A stretch of DNA of 64,000 nucleotides from an uncultured Planctomycetota bacterium (GCA_963845755.1 CAWJTV010000020.1:320001-384000), one strand, 5' to 3'; counted from the stretch's first letter, positions 1-10,612 are shown. The notes: generated by a model from the letters alone, not told the origin. Made by a program: numbers and translations.

Positions 1-887
1 CCCGCGGATTGGGAAGCCACCACATCCCCTTTGGTTTCGTCACAAAGACGACCCTGGCCCACTTGAACGAGCACAAGGTCTTGATCCTGGCGAACGTCAA
101 CATGATGGACGACGCCGAGATCGAGGCGATTCGCGACTGGGTGCGCCAGGGCGGTTCGCTCATCGCCACCGGCTCGACGTCGCTGGTGGATGCCCGAGGG
201 CGCCTCCGCAAGGATTTCGGCCTGGGAGACGTCTTCGGCGTTTCGTTGAAGTCGCCAAGCTGGGCGGTCTGGCCGCACTACATCTCACCGTCGGGGGAAG
301 GTGAAGCCCTCTTCGGCGAGTTCAGCTTCCTCTACCCGGCCTTCGCGCGGACGACCGGCCAGGAGATCGAGCAGCGACCGGCTTCCCACGTGACGGTGCT
401 CGCCACGACGACCCTGATCTGGCCCACCGATGACCCGAGCCGGTTCTCCTCGATTCACAGCAATCCGCCCTGGCAGCCGACCGTCCGGCCCGAAGTGGTC
501 CTCAACCACTTTGGCAAGGGGCAAGCGATCTACTGTGCCAGCCCGCTGGAAACGATCGAAAGTCTGAACGGTACGATCGCCCAATTGGTACGACGACTCC
601 ACGAACGACCAGTCTTCGAGGCCGATGCACCCGCGGCCGTCGAATTGACGCTGTTCCACCAGCCCGAGCGGCACCGTTATCGCCTCAGCCTGGTCAACTT
701 CCAGATGGACCTGCCCAACATTCCGGTCACCGAGATCCCAGTCCGGCTCCGACTGCCGGAGAAGGTCGTCCGGGTGGTCCAGCTTCCGGGAGACCGGCCG
801 ATCGCCCACACCGAGACCGAGGGCGTCGTCCGTTTCGTCGTCCCGCGGTTGGAGACCCTGGCGATGTTCGGCGTGACCGTGGCGTAA
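1..887 (+). CDS. Beta-galactosidase trimerisation (GATase-like) domain protein, 5'-partial
   Basis: ORF open at window start; 'VLILANVNMMDDAEIEAIRDWVRQGGSLIATG' and 'VLNHFGKGQAIY' are typical of the GH42-type trimerisation domain. Confidence 0.65.
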   Translation, partial: RGLGSHHIPFGFVTKTTLAHLNEHKVLILANVNMMDDAEIEAIRDWVRQGGSLIATGSTSLVDARGRLRKDFGLGDVFGVSLKSPSWAVWPHYISPSGEGEALFGEFSFLYPAFARTTGQEIEQRPASHVTVLATTTLIWPTDDPSRFSSIHSNPPWQPTVRPEVVLNHFGKGQAIYCASPLETIESLNGTIAQLVRRLHERPVFEADAPAAVELTLFHQPERHRYRLSLVNFQMDLPNIPVTEIPVRLRLPEKVVRVVQLPGDRPIAHTETEGVVRFVVPRLETLAMFGVTVA

Positions 888-890
888 GGA

Positions 891-1765
891 TCAATCCATT
901 AGCACCATTGAGAGCTGTCTCTGGAATTCGGTGACCAGCTCTTCGCCGGGGGGAAAGAGCTGGAAGATCGCGATCATAGTCTGGCGGTGCGCTCGCCAAT
1001 GCCCTTGCGATCGCGCTCGACTAACTCCAAGCAGAGCGCCAGGGCGTCGGCGTACTGGCCCGAGGCGGCCAGGGCCTCGGCGAGCTGAAACTTGAGATTC
1101 AGGTCCTCGGGATTGGTGGCCAGCGCGGCGCACGCGGCCTCGACGCCGCCGGCGTCCTGCGCCTGGAGCCGGAGGATCAATTCGGCCTTGAGCCTCTCGG
1201 CTTCCGGCTCGAGGAAGCCCTGGCGTTCCATGGCGACAATCGCGGCCTGGGTGTCTTCGAGCCGGCCTTGCTCCAAGGCGACCCGTGCCAGTCCGATCTG
1301 CGCCGGGAGCAGGTCGGGGTCAAGCGACAGCGCCAGGTTGTATTTCGTCTCGGCGGCCTGAGGATCGGTCGGTTCCAGCCGGCGCGCCTCGGCGACGATT
1401 CGTTCGGCCGGCGTTGGCAGCAATCGATCGAGCCACGACCGGATCACCGACTCCGATTGGACCCCGATGAAGCCGTCGACCGCCCTGCCGTCGCGCACCC
1501 CGAACACCGCGGGGATCGACCGGACGCCGAATTGCATCGACAGTTCGGACTCCTTGTCGGTGTTGACCTTTGCCAACACGAACTGACCGCCGTACTCTTC
1601 GGCGAGCCGCTCTAGCAGTGGACCAAGCATCTTGCAGGGTCCGCACCACTCGGCCCAGAAGTCGATCACCACCGGCACTTCCGATGATCGCTCGATCACG
1701 TCTCGCTCGAAGTTGGCCGAGGTCCCTTCGATCACCCACGAAGATGGAGTTGTCTGATCGTTCAT
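891..1765 (-). CDS. ybbN: Thioredoxin-TPR co-chaperone (YbbN/CnoX family), frameshift near 985
   Basis: WCGPC thioredoxin motif followed by TPR-like helices; C-terminus 'RQTMIAIFQL...EFQRQLSMVL' continues in the 891..1133 frame. Confidence 0.85.
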
Positions 1766-2083
1766 CGATCGAGTATCCCTTTGCATGTTTTTCGTTTCGC
1801 AAGGCAGCCGGTTCCCCGCGCGCGCAAGGCCGAAGGCTGTCGCCTCTCGCACCGGGTTGACGATTTCCATGATAGGAGATCCGGCAAGTGGGGAGAATGC
1901 TCTAGCCCGTTGCAACTGGCGTGGCGGCGCGGACGACTGTCAAACCGGCAGTTCAGGTTCCATCGGTGTGGCATCATCACACCGCCACCACGATTCAGGA
2001 TGAGCCGTGCGACGACTGAGTTGCGGTCGTAACCGTCGAATCACATCGGGACTTCCGATGTCGAGCCCCGATCCCGCGAGAAT

Positions 2084-2098
2084 TGGCATGTGCATTGC
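2084..2098 (+). promoter_or_regulatory. Sigma-54 (-24/-12) promoter upstream of csrA
   Basis: TGGCATGTGCATTGC = GG-N10-GC with TGGCA and TTGC boxes. Confidence 0.65.
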
Positions 2099-2180
2099 GA
2101 ACCGGTAACCCGAATCGATACAACAGGAGGATCGCCTCGATCGATCCTGGCGATCGATGGAGTGCATGGAGGACACGAGG

Positions 2181-2453
2181 ATGTTGGTACTCACTCGAAA
2201 GCTCGGCGAGAAAATCCTGATCGGCGACGACATCGTGATCACGGTAGTCGAGGCTGGAAAGTCCCGGTTGAAGTTGGGGATCACGGCTCCAGCCGGCACA
2301 CGGGTCCTGCGGAGTGAGCTGGATCCGGGCCGAATCCCTGCGGGTCTGGATTGCGTCGCCGGAGGCGAGGAGTTCCTTGTCGCGCCCGCGGAGCGGCCAA
2401 AGCCATCGCGACGGCAATGGGTACGGGCGAGGGTCGAGTCCGTCGGCGCCTGA
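2181..2453 (+). CDS. csrA: Carbon storage regulator CsrA with C-terminal extension
   Basis: MLVLTRKLGEKILIGDDIVITVV...LGITAP...VLRSEL is the canonical CsrA signature. Confidence 0.9.
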   Translation: MLVLTRKLGEKILIGDDIVITVVEAGKSRLKLGITAPAGTRVLRSELDPGRIPAGLDCVAGGEEFLVAPAERPKPSRRQWVRARVESVGA

Positions 2454-2651
2454 CGTCACTCAACGCACTGCGGATGCGACGGAGCCGGCCACACCCCGAG
2501 GAAACCCTGCCTTATCGAGCCGCCCCGCGCCTCTTTTCTCCGGAGCGATTCCGGCGTATGCTCGAACGATCACAGCCGCTCGGCCGCGCGGAAGTTAGCC
2601 CTCGCGCCGGTCGAGACCCGCCCAATTGACGATCATCCGGAGAATCACTCC

Positions 2652-3494
2652 ATGAGACGACTCGACAACCTCAGTGCACCCGCTGCGCTGGCCGCGATGC
2701 TGATCGGAATCATCGCATGCGCCGGTCCGGCCCGCGCCGCCTCCCCGTTCCCGGACAAAAATCTCGAGGCCGCGATCCGCGACGTGCTCAAACACGAGCC
2801 CAAGGTCGAACTGACCGATGAGAAACTTCAGAACGTCTATATCCTGGAAGCCGCGGGGAAGGATATCAAGGACCTCACGGGCCTGGAGAAGTGCAAGAAC
2901 CTGGCGCTGCTCAAGGTCGACAAGAACAAGATCACCGACCTCAAGCCGCTCAAGGACCTGACGAACCTGGAATCGCTGGACCTCTCCTACAATGCGATCA
3001 AGGACATCGGGCCGCTCGCCAACCTCAAGGGTCTCCAGCGGATCGAGCTCTCCGGCAACCAGGTCGAGAAGCTCGATCCCCTGAGCGGACTCACCAGCCT
3101 CACATCCCTTTACCTCGACGGCAACGCGATCAAGGACATCGGACCCCTGGCCACATTGACCAAACTGTGGTCTCTGTCACTGCCCAAGAATCACATCAAA
3201 GACATCAAGGTCCTGGAGAAGGTGAACAAGGTCTCTTCGCTCAATTTGAACGACAACCAGATCGAGGACATCGGACCACTCACGAAGCTGACCGAGTTGA
3301 AGATCCTCCAGATCCAGCGAAACCGGATCAAAGAGCTGAAGCCGCTGGCCGATGCGGCCAAGGCCGACGCCGCCGGTCCGAAGTTGTTCGCTCCCTACCT
3401 GCGCCTCTATTTGGAGGGCAACCCGCTGTCGGATGCCGCCAAATCATCGCAGACCAAGCAGCTCAAGGACGCCGGCGTGCGGATCGAGGGATGA
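2652..3494 (+). CDS. Secreted leucine-rich-repeat (internalin-like) protein
   Basis: Signal peptide; 'FPDKNLEAAIR' cap; repeated 22-aa 'LxxLTxLxxLxLxxNxIxDI' units. Confidence 0.9.
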   Translation: MRRLDNLSAPAALAAMLIGIIACAGPARAASPFPDKNLEAAIRDVLKHEPKVELTDEKLQNVYILEAAGKDIKDLTGLEKCKNLALLKVDKNKITDLKPLKDLTNLESLDLSYNAIKDIGPLANLKGLQRIELSGNQVEKLDPLSGLTSLTSLYLDGNAIKDIGPLATLTKLWSLSLPKNHIKDIKVLEKVNKVSSLNLNDNQIEDIGPLTKLTELKILQIQRNRIKELKPLADAAKADAAGPKLFAPYLRLYLEGNPLSDAAKSSQTKQLKDAGVRIEG

Positions 3495-3673
3495 GGCGGC
3501 TGATCGGCAAAGGTTTGGATGGACGTCGAACGAGGCGCCTCTGCCGCGAGAAGTGTCTCGTTTCTCTCTTGGGCCCCGCTCGTCTTCGATGCAGAGACGG
3601 TATACTCGATCGTGGCACGAGCCATCATCAGGAAACGAGGATCAGGGCTAGGGCATCGAGGAGCCCATCTAGC

Positions 3674-4860
3674 ATGAACCGGTCGGAACTCGAAGGAATG
3701 CTGTCGGAGCTCGAATCCGATCGCGTCGAACTTACGATCTCCTTGACGGATTTCGAGAAGTTTAGCGAGGCGATCTGTTCGTTCGCCAATGATCTGCCGA
3801 ACCACGGAAAGCCGGGATACCTCTTTATCGGCGCCACACCCGATGGTAATGCAAGTGGGGCCGTGATTACGGATGATCTTCTCCAGCGCCTCGGCGCGAT
3901 CCGCTCTGACGGGAACATCCAGCCCCTACCCGTGATGAACGTGCAGAAATGGCCCCTGGGTGGGGGCGAGATGGCCGTGGTCGAGGTATTCCCGTCCGAC
4001 CTTCCTCCGGTGCGATATCGAGGGCGCACGTGCATCCGCGTAGGTCCCCGTCGGCGCCGAGGCGAGTCCTGCGGAGGAGCGAATCTTGTCCGAGCGGCGG
4101 CTCGATCGTGCCCGGACCTGGGACGCCCGGGTCTGCCAGGAGGCCACTCTTGAGGATCTCGCGCTCGGTCTGTTCACGCTGACCTACCGGTTGAATGCCG
4201 TAGCCTTCGATGTCGTTGAAGAGAATGACCGGCCGCTGGACCTCCAGCTCGCATCACTCCGATTCTACGACTTGAAGGCCGGCCATTCGACCAACGCCGG
4301 TGTCGTTCTGTTCGGCAAGGATCCCCTGTCGTTCTTTCCCGGAGCCTATGTGCAGTACGTCCAGTATTCCGGACAGTACCAAGCCGATGAGGTAGTCCAG
4401 GAGCGGCGAATCGTTGGCGACTTGCTCGACGTGTTACGCGATCTCAACCGGCTGGCTCTTGAAATCGCCGACGAGCGTCCCGTTCAGGGGCCCGATCTTT
4501 CGGAGGCTGCTGTCTTCGATTACCCTCCGAGAGGTATGCGCGAATTGTTCATGAACGCGGTCGTACACCGAAACTACGAGGAATCGACCACACCGATCCT
4601 GATCAATCATTACAGCGATCGAATCGAGATTCAGAATCCGGGAGGACTGTACGGCGATCTGACGCCCGAGCAGTTCCCGGACGGCACGGCCTATCGCAAT
4701 CCGATCCTGGCAGAGGCTGCCAAAGTCCTGGGATTCGTCAATCGATTCGGCCGAGGAATCAGCGTGACACAACGGGAACTTGTGCGGAACGGCTCGCCTC
4801 TCGCGGTTTTTCGAACTCCGGCCGAATTTCTTCCTCGCGACGGTTTGGAGGCGCCCATGA
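3674..4860 (+). CDS. Schlafen/AlbA_2 domain + HATPase_c_4 (RecG C-terminal-like) protein; indels near 4065 and 4810
   Basis: N-terminal 'ESDRVE...AICSFAND...GYLFIG'; C-terminal 'YPPRGMRELFMNAVVHRNY...DRIEIQNPGGL...YRNPILAEA...GFVNRFGRGI'. Removing one T at ~4806-4811 gives 'FELRPNFFLATVWRRP*' with the stop overlapping the next ATG. Confidence 0.8.
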
Positions 4861-5927
4861 AGACCCTGGCGTTCTTCAACAACAAGGGCGGTGTGGGGAA
4901 GACGTCGCTCGTTTATCACCTCTCCTGGATGTTCGCCGAGTTGGGCGTCAACGTCGTGGCCATGGACCTCGATCCGCAGTCGAACCTGACCTCGTCCTTC
5001 CTGGAGGATGAGTCGCTCGAAGAACTCTGGGAGCCTCCGCAGACGACACGCACTATCCTCGGCCTGGTTGACCCACTCCTCAATCACCTGGGCGATATCG
5101 CAGAACCTATAGTTGCCGAGATCAATGACCGCATTGGTCTGATACCAGGGGACCTTCGCATTGGTCTGGTACCAGGGGACCTGGGATTGAGCCGGTTCGA
5201 GGATCGCTTGGCCGAGACATGGGGCAAGTGCCTGGACGACAACCAAGCGAATGCAGCCGACGGGTTCCGGGTCACGACCGCGTTCTATCGCATCATGGAG
5301 CAGGCTGCGAAACAGAATCGCGCCGATCTCGTATTGATCGATGTCGGGCCAAACCTGGGAGCAATCAATCGCGCCGCCCTCGTGTCGGCCGATCACGTCA
5401 TAATCCCGCTTGCCGCCGATCTTTTCTCACTTCAAGGCTTGCGAAACCTGGGGCCAACCCTACGTTCCTGGCGCAAGGGTTGGCAAACGCGGAAGACGCG
5501 GAGCGCCGACTTGACGAACAACAATTTGATGATTCCTGACGGGGAAATGCAGCCGGCCGGTTATGTGGTCATGCAGCCGTCGATCCGGGAGAATTATCCC
5601 GTTGCCGCTTATCGTCGCTGGATCAATCGCATTCCCGAAGTGTACCATGTTGAGGTCCTCGGGCGTCCAGCATCCGAAAGCGTCTTCAATCCCGATCCCA
5701 TGGCCCTAGCTACGTTGAAAAACTATCGGAGCCTTGCGCCTATGGCCCAGGAGGCTCGTAAGCCGATGTTCGCTCTCAAACCGGCCGACGGAGCGATTGG
5801 AGGTCATGTCGCTGCCGTCCAGGACTGTCACCGTGCGTTTCGAAAACTCGCCGAGCGGATTGCGAACGTCTGCGGTTTCTCCCTCCCTACGAAAAAAACC
5901 GCGAGTCGAATAGAAAGCCTGACTTGA
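4857..5927 (+). CDS. ParA/Soj-family ATPase (stand-alone, no parB)
   Basis: 'FFNNKGGVGKTS' deviant Walker A, 'DLDPQSNLT', 'LIDVGPNLG'; start lies in an ATGA overlap. Confidence 0.9.
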   Translation: MKTLAFFNNKGGVGKTSLVYHLSWMFAELGVNVVAMDLDPQSNLTSSFLEDESLEELWEPPQTTRTILGLVDPLLNHLGDIAEPIVAEINDRIGLIPGDLRIGLVPGDLGLSRFEDRLAETWGKCLDDNQANAADGFRVTTAFYRIMEQAAKQNRADLVLIDVGPNLGAINRAALVSADHVIIPLAADLFSLQGLRNLGPTLRSWRKGWQTRKTRSADLTNNNLMIPDGEMQPAGYVVMQPSIRENYPVAAYRRWINRIPEVYHVEVLGRPASESVFNPDPMALATLKNYRSLAPMAQEARKPMFALKPADGAIGGHVAAVQDCHRAFRKLAERIANVCGFSLPTKKTASRIESLT

Positions 5928-5928
5928 A

Positions 5929-6262
5929 CGCCGATTTCCGCGGGGGGGAAACCGACTGACAACTTCTGGCGGGAGGTGGCGAGATTCTCCGGAATTCGCG
6001 ACAACTTGTCCCCTGGAATGTCAGATGGTTTTGAGGCAAGAGACCAGGAAACCGGGAATGTCAAATCGCAGGTGGCTCAAGGGGAAGGTCCGCCAAACCG
6101 CGGAAATCCGCGCCAATGGCCCACACTTCGATGTGACTTGGCGATTGGCCCACGCAGACCCTGACTGACAAAACCGACTGACACCAAGTCCAAGATATCG
6201 CGGGAAAACCAGTCCTGGCGTGGACCAAATGTCAATCGATTTCTCCTCCGCGGAAATCGGCG
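5929..6262. mobile_element. MITE, ~334 bp, with ~33-bp imperfect terminal inverted repeats and TTGAA flanking duplication
   Basis: Left end cgccgatttccgcgggggggaaaccgactgaca; right end is the reverse complement of cgccgatttccgcggaggagaaatcgattgaca; ttgaa at 5924-5928 and 6263-6267; no convincing internal ORF. Confidence 0.8.
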
Positions 6263-6302
6263 TTGAAGGAGCGGCCTCGATCGGATCCAAGGGCTGTTCC
6301 GT

Positions 6303-7099
6303 TTACTTGCCTCGGAGGCCTTCATTTTCCTGGCTAAGTCGTTCAATCTCAAGCTTGAGTTGTTCGATCTGCCTCTCGGCGAGTTCGAGCTGAGCCTCGG
6401 TGATCTTGAGGTTGTTCTCGGCGAGCAGGCGCCGCATCTCCACCAGGTCGAGTTCGAGGGAAACCAGACGTCTTGCCTTCTCGAATTGGGTTCGCATCGA
6501 CTCGCCCTCTGCGCTCTGCTCGGCCGACGTAAGGAGTTTCAGGCCGTCGCCCGGATCAAAGACTCGGAGGGCGTATCCTTCGCGCGCCAGGTTCAGGCCC
6601 AGGACATGGCTGGGCAGGCCGGGGACTCACCCTTCCACGATCGGGACGTATCCCCGCTCGACCATCGGAGGCCCTGGAGAGGTGCTTCGAAGAAGCCTCC
6701 GCACGGATCGATCCGGAAGATCTCCGGAACTTTCAAGACATCGCGATATAATTCAAATTTTTTCTGGTCCTGCCTTCGCCTGGACTTCGAAGTCAGGTCG
6801 ATGACGAGATCGGGACTCTTTCTTTCTTCCCAGAGCCGGTAATGGTCGCGATCGCGCTTTCTCAATACCACGCACGACGAGGATGTCCGGCGTGAGGCGT
6901 TTCTTCGGGTTTCCCTCTTCGTAGTACATCATCAAATTCGCCGCCACGTAGACCATCGGGTCGTCGGCGAAATGGTCGCGCAGGATCTCGAGCAGATCGA
7001 ACAGGTTCTCGCGACGGATGTCGGTCTCGGCCATTGGCTTCCGGTCGCTGGAACGCTGTTCGACAGGGGGCGTTTGCGCCGGTGCTGGTCCATCGCCAT
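6303..7099 (-). pseudogene. Uma2-family (PD-(D/E)xK) endonuclease with C-terminal coiled coil, several frameshifts
   Basis: 'KPMAETD...YVAANLMMYYEEGNPKKRLTPDILVVRG', 'YRLWEERKSPDLVIDLTS', 'LKVPEIFRIDP' and a coiled-coil tail are spread over at least three frames; RBS GAGGAG before ATG 7099. Confidence 0.75.
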
Positions 7100-8219
7100 G
7101 CGAGTTCTCCTCTTGCCTGCCGAACGGCTTGCGATTGACCGGCATCCGAACCAGTCGATCGGTCGCCAGGTCTGTGCCGATTGTATCACAATTCGGGAAT
7201 CCTGAATCGAAATAAGGGGCGACGATGGCACGCCTCTGTCTGCTGAACTCTCGATCACATCCACATCCTGCCGATCACGATGTCTCGGGCGAACGCCTTC
7301 GGGCCTTGATGCCCAGGATACGTTGTTTTTTTGCAACGTTTTGCCGGCCGGCGTTTGAATGTTCTGCCTATTTTCCCTATATTCGCGCAATCGGGGAGGA
7401 ATGTTGCCTCGACGCGGTTTTTTTCGAGGAGGATGGTTCAATCGCAAAAAACTTTACTTATCATGTGCACGATCCGGCCTCAGGCGTCGGATTGCTCATT
7501 TTTGAAATAGTCTATACTTATTGATGCATTGTCGCCGTTTTTGTTTTTTCTCCGAGGAGGAGTCGTCGTGGACCGGTACGAGCCGGTAGGTCAATCGTGA
7601 TCCTGGAAACCGAGAAAAGGGGGATGGTTTTCGGCAAAATCAGTGTCGCGTCGCCTATCCGCTGGCGATACTCCACGCGACCATCGATCAACGAAGGAAG
7701 GTACGTAGTGTAACGAGGTTCCGTACCGAATCGGGCTACGCATTCACGAGGCGATCTTGATCCGGGCCTCGAGAGCCGACCGATCCATGCCGCCCGGCGC
7801 GATCATTCTCGGTTTGTTGACCTATCGTCGTCGATGGTCACGCGGATTAGATGAGCTTCGCGTGCCGCTCGAGGTCGAGTTCTACGGGTTCGCGTGTATA
7901 CAGATTTCCGCCTCCGAGGTCTTTCTTTCGCCTCAGACTTCTTAAGAATGTCCCTATCTCTTGACTCGATGTTGATTTTTTTGAACCCCTTCTTGACATG
8001 AGCGGTTTGGGACTCGACGATGGCGGCCGCGGTCCGAGATCCATGCACAGAGCACCTCTCCGAACCGTTCAACATTGATTGAGGATTGGCTTGAATCGGC
8101 AGGACGGAAGCCAATCCATGACCGCGGTAACACGACCATGGATGCAGGGAACTCGAGGCAATGTGCCCCTGTGACGCAGCCCAAAGACGAGCACTCCATA
8201 AGGAGACGACGAAGTGATT

Positions 8220-8999
8220 ATGAAAGTGCGGATTTCTCGCCTAATTCTCGCTGCGATGCTGGTGACCGCGACGATCCAAGGCGGCCAGGCGGCGAGGGCG
8301 GGCTCTACGATCTGGTATAATGGAGACTCCGACGGCCGGGATGGCATAGTCAACCAGACGGGTACCCCGGATGGGTTGGTTTATGATAATTTCATCGTTC
8401 CCGCGGGACAGACCTGGACGATCAACAGCGTCTTCTCGAACGACTTGTTGGCGTTCGCACCGACGACGGCCGCCTGGGAGATCCGCTCCGGGGTCAGCGC
8501 CGGCGACGGCGGGACTCTCGTGGCGAGCGGAGACGGCGCGGACACCTTCACGGCTACCGGCAAGTCTTACAATTTCAATGGAGTCGTCGCGGTCAATGAG
8601 TACACCAACACGGTGGCCGTCAGCGGCGTGACGCTCGGTCCCGGGACCTACTGGCTGGCCGTCGCCCCGGACATCAGCGGGTTCTATTACGGTGGACCGG
8701 CGACATTCATCGACACAACGAGTGGCGCCAACGCGATCGGCAACCCGCCCGGCAATGACGGCAATTCGTTCGTCAGCAGCGCGTTCTTCGGTTACAGCTT
8801 CGTGCCGCTCTCGACGATCGAGGGCACTACGGGCGTGAATTGGGACGTCTCGATGGGCGTCAATGGGACCGTGGCGTTCACCACCATCCCCGAACCGTCC
8901 TCGATCGTGAGTGGGCTGACCGGCCTGATGCTAGCGGCGGGGTTCTTCCGCCTGCGACACCGCAGGTCCGCGGAGCCAGTCCGTCCCATGGAGAGTTGA
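8220..8999 (+). CDS. PEP-CTERM sorting domain protein
   Basis: Signal peptide; G/T/S/N-rich beta domain; C-terminal 'IPEPSS' + hydrophobic helix + RLRHRR. Confidence 0.9.
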   Translation: MKVRISRLILAAMLVTATIQGGQAARAGSTIWYNGDSDGRDGIVNQTGTPDGLVYDNFIVPAGQTWTINSVFSNDLLAFAPTTAAWEIRSGVSAGDGGTLVASGDGADTFTATGKSYNFNGVVAVNEYTNTVAVSGVTLGPGTYWLAVAPDISGFYYGGPATFIDTTSGANAIGNPPGNDGNSFVSSAFFGYSFVPLSTIEGTTGVNWDVSMGVNGTVAFTTIPEPSSIVSGLTGLMLAAGFFRLRHRRSAEPVRPMES

Positions 9000-9226
9000 G
9001 ACGAAGGAGACGCGACGAATCGCGACCTCGCGACCCGGAGGCACTCGCTCCGGGATCCCGAGGGAGCCGAACGTTATTGACCGGCCCGGTCGTCACGGCT
9101 CCGAAGTACGAGGCCAGACCGTCCGCCGATTCCCCCCCGGATTTACGGATTCGACACCGGCTCGCTCGCCCAGCCGCCAACTGGCGCGGCGAGGCCGCAC
9201 ACCCAGCGAACCAGGAGCACCCACTC

Positions 9227-10612
9227 ATGATGCGCAACCGAACCATGACTCCGCCGGCTCGACGTCGGCCGACGCTGAACTTCGACTTGCTCGAATGCCG
9301 TCAGATGCTCAATGCCTCCCCGATCACGCAGCAGCACACCTTCGTTCTGGAACAGCAAGCCTTTTTGCGGACCATCTTCCAGGAGGTGCGGCAGGCGATG
9401 GCCCTTGCCCGCGCGACGAACCCCTCCTCCACCGTCAACGCCGGGTCGCCCATGGCGGCCGATCCTCAGCTCTCTCTCATAGCCATGAAGCCGGCCAGCG
9501 CAGGAGCTGGGCCGCTGGTTTCCGGATTCGGGTGAACCGTATACTCGCCGTCGCAGGTCCAGAAGGCTTATGGATTCAACCTCGCCCCCAACCAGGGCCA
9601 GGGCGAGACCGTCGGCATCGTCGACGCCTACGGGGATCCGAACATCGTCGGCGACGCCTCCGTCTTCTCCTCTCAGTTCGGACTGCCCCAGATGAATGGT
9701 GTCGGCGGCAATCCGATCCTCACGGTCATCCAGCAGACGCCCGGGAATACGCCGCCGGCGGGGAGTAATTGGGCTCTGGAGACGGCACTTGACGTGGAAT
9801 GGGTCCACTCCGTCGCACCGATGGCCAACATCGTCCTGGTCGAGACCACGGACAACTCTTACAATAACCTCCTGGGAGTCGGAATTCCGACGGCGCAGGC
9901 GAATGGTGCAGTGGTCATCTCGAATAGCTACGGTGGAGGTGAGTTCAGCAGCGAGGCGAGCTACGACAGTGCCTATCTCGCCGGCCCCTCACAGAGCGCC
10001 GTGCTCGACTTCTCGACCGGCGACAACGGCGCGCCGGGAGAGTTCCCGGCCTACTCGCCCAACGTCGTGGCCGTCGGCGGGACAAGCCTTTACACGTCAT
10101 CGGCCAAGGGTGCCTACGGCAAGGAGGTCGGCTGGGGCAGTGGCGCTGCTAACGAGCCGGGTGGCGGCGGCGGCGTCAGCCAGTACTTCGGCACGCCGAC
10201 CTATCAGAGCAATAACGGCGTCAACTTCGGGGCTCGGAGCAACCCGGACGTTTCGATGATCGCCGATCCGAGCACCGGCGCCTGGATCTACGACTCTTAT
10301 GACTTCCCGGGCGAACTCATTGGAGTCGGCGGTACCAGCCTCGCATGCCCCGTCTTCTCCGGGATGGTCGCGATCGTTGACGCGGCACGTGCGTCGCACG
10401 CCTTTGCCCCGCTGGTCTCCAACGCGAGCAATTCCTACTCGATCCAGAACAAGCTCTATGCCGACTACGACTCGACCAACTACTTGAACGACTTCCACGA
10501 CGTCACGACCGGAAACAACGGCTTTGCTGCTGGTCCCGGCTACGATCTGGTCACGGGGATCGGTACCCCGAAGGTTCAGAGCCTGGTCTCGACCCTCTCG
10601 ACATCAGCCTGA
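9227..10612 (+). CDS. S53 (sedolisin/kumamolisin-like) peptidase with an in-frame TGA at 9533-9535
   Basis: ETALDVEW (E-xxx-D), STGDNG, GGTSLACP, and Ca-site 'DFHDVTTGNN...GYDLVTGIG'; N-terminal 'RRRPTLNFDLLECRQML' planctomycete-type motif; both halves are in the same frame. Confidence 0.85.

Noticed and set aside
2891..4153. 420-aa ORF overlapping the LRR gene
   Set aside because: The N-terminal part is a shadow frame; the real start is ATG 3674
4086..5927. Apparent 613-aa HATPase-ParA fusion in the ORF track
   Set aside because: Removing one T from the run at ~4806-4811 gives a natural stop overlapping the ParA ATG (ATGA), so it is most likely a homopolymer error
7390..7700. CsrB-like sRNA
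   Set aside because: GGA motifs are present but not in regular hairpin loops, and there is no clear terminator
9533..9535. Selenocysteine codon
   Set aside because: Non-catalytic linker position, no Cys expected, no obvious SECIS hairpin
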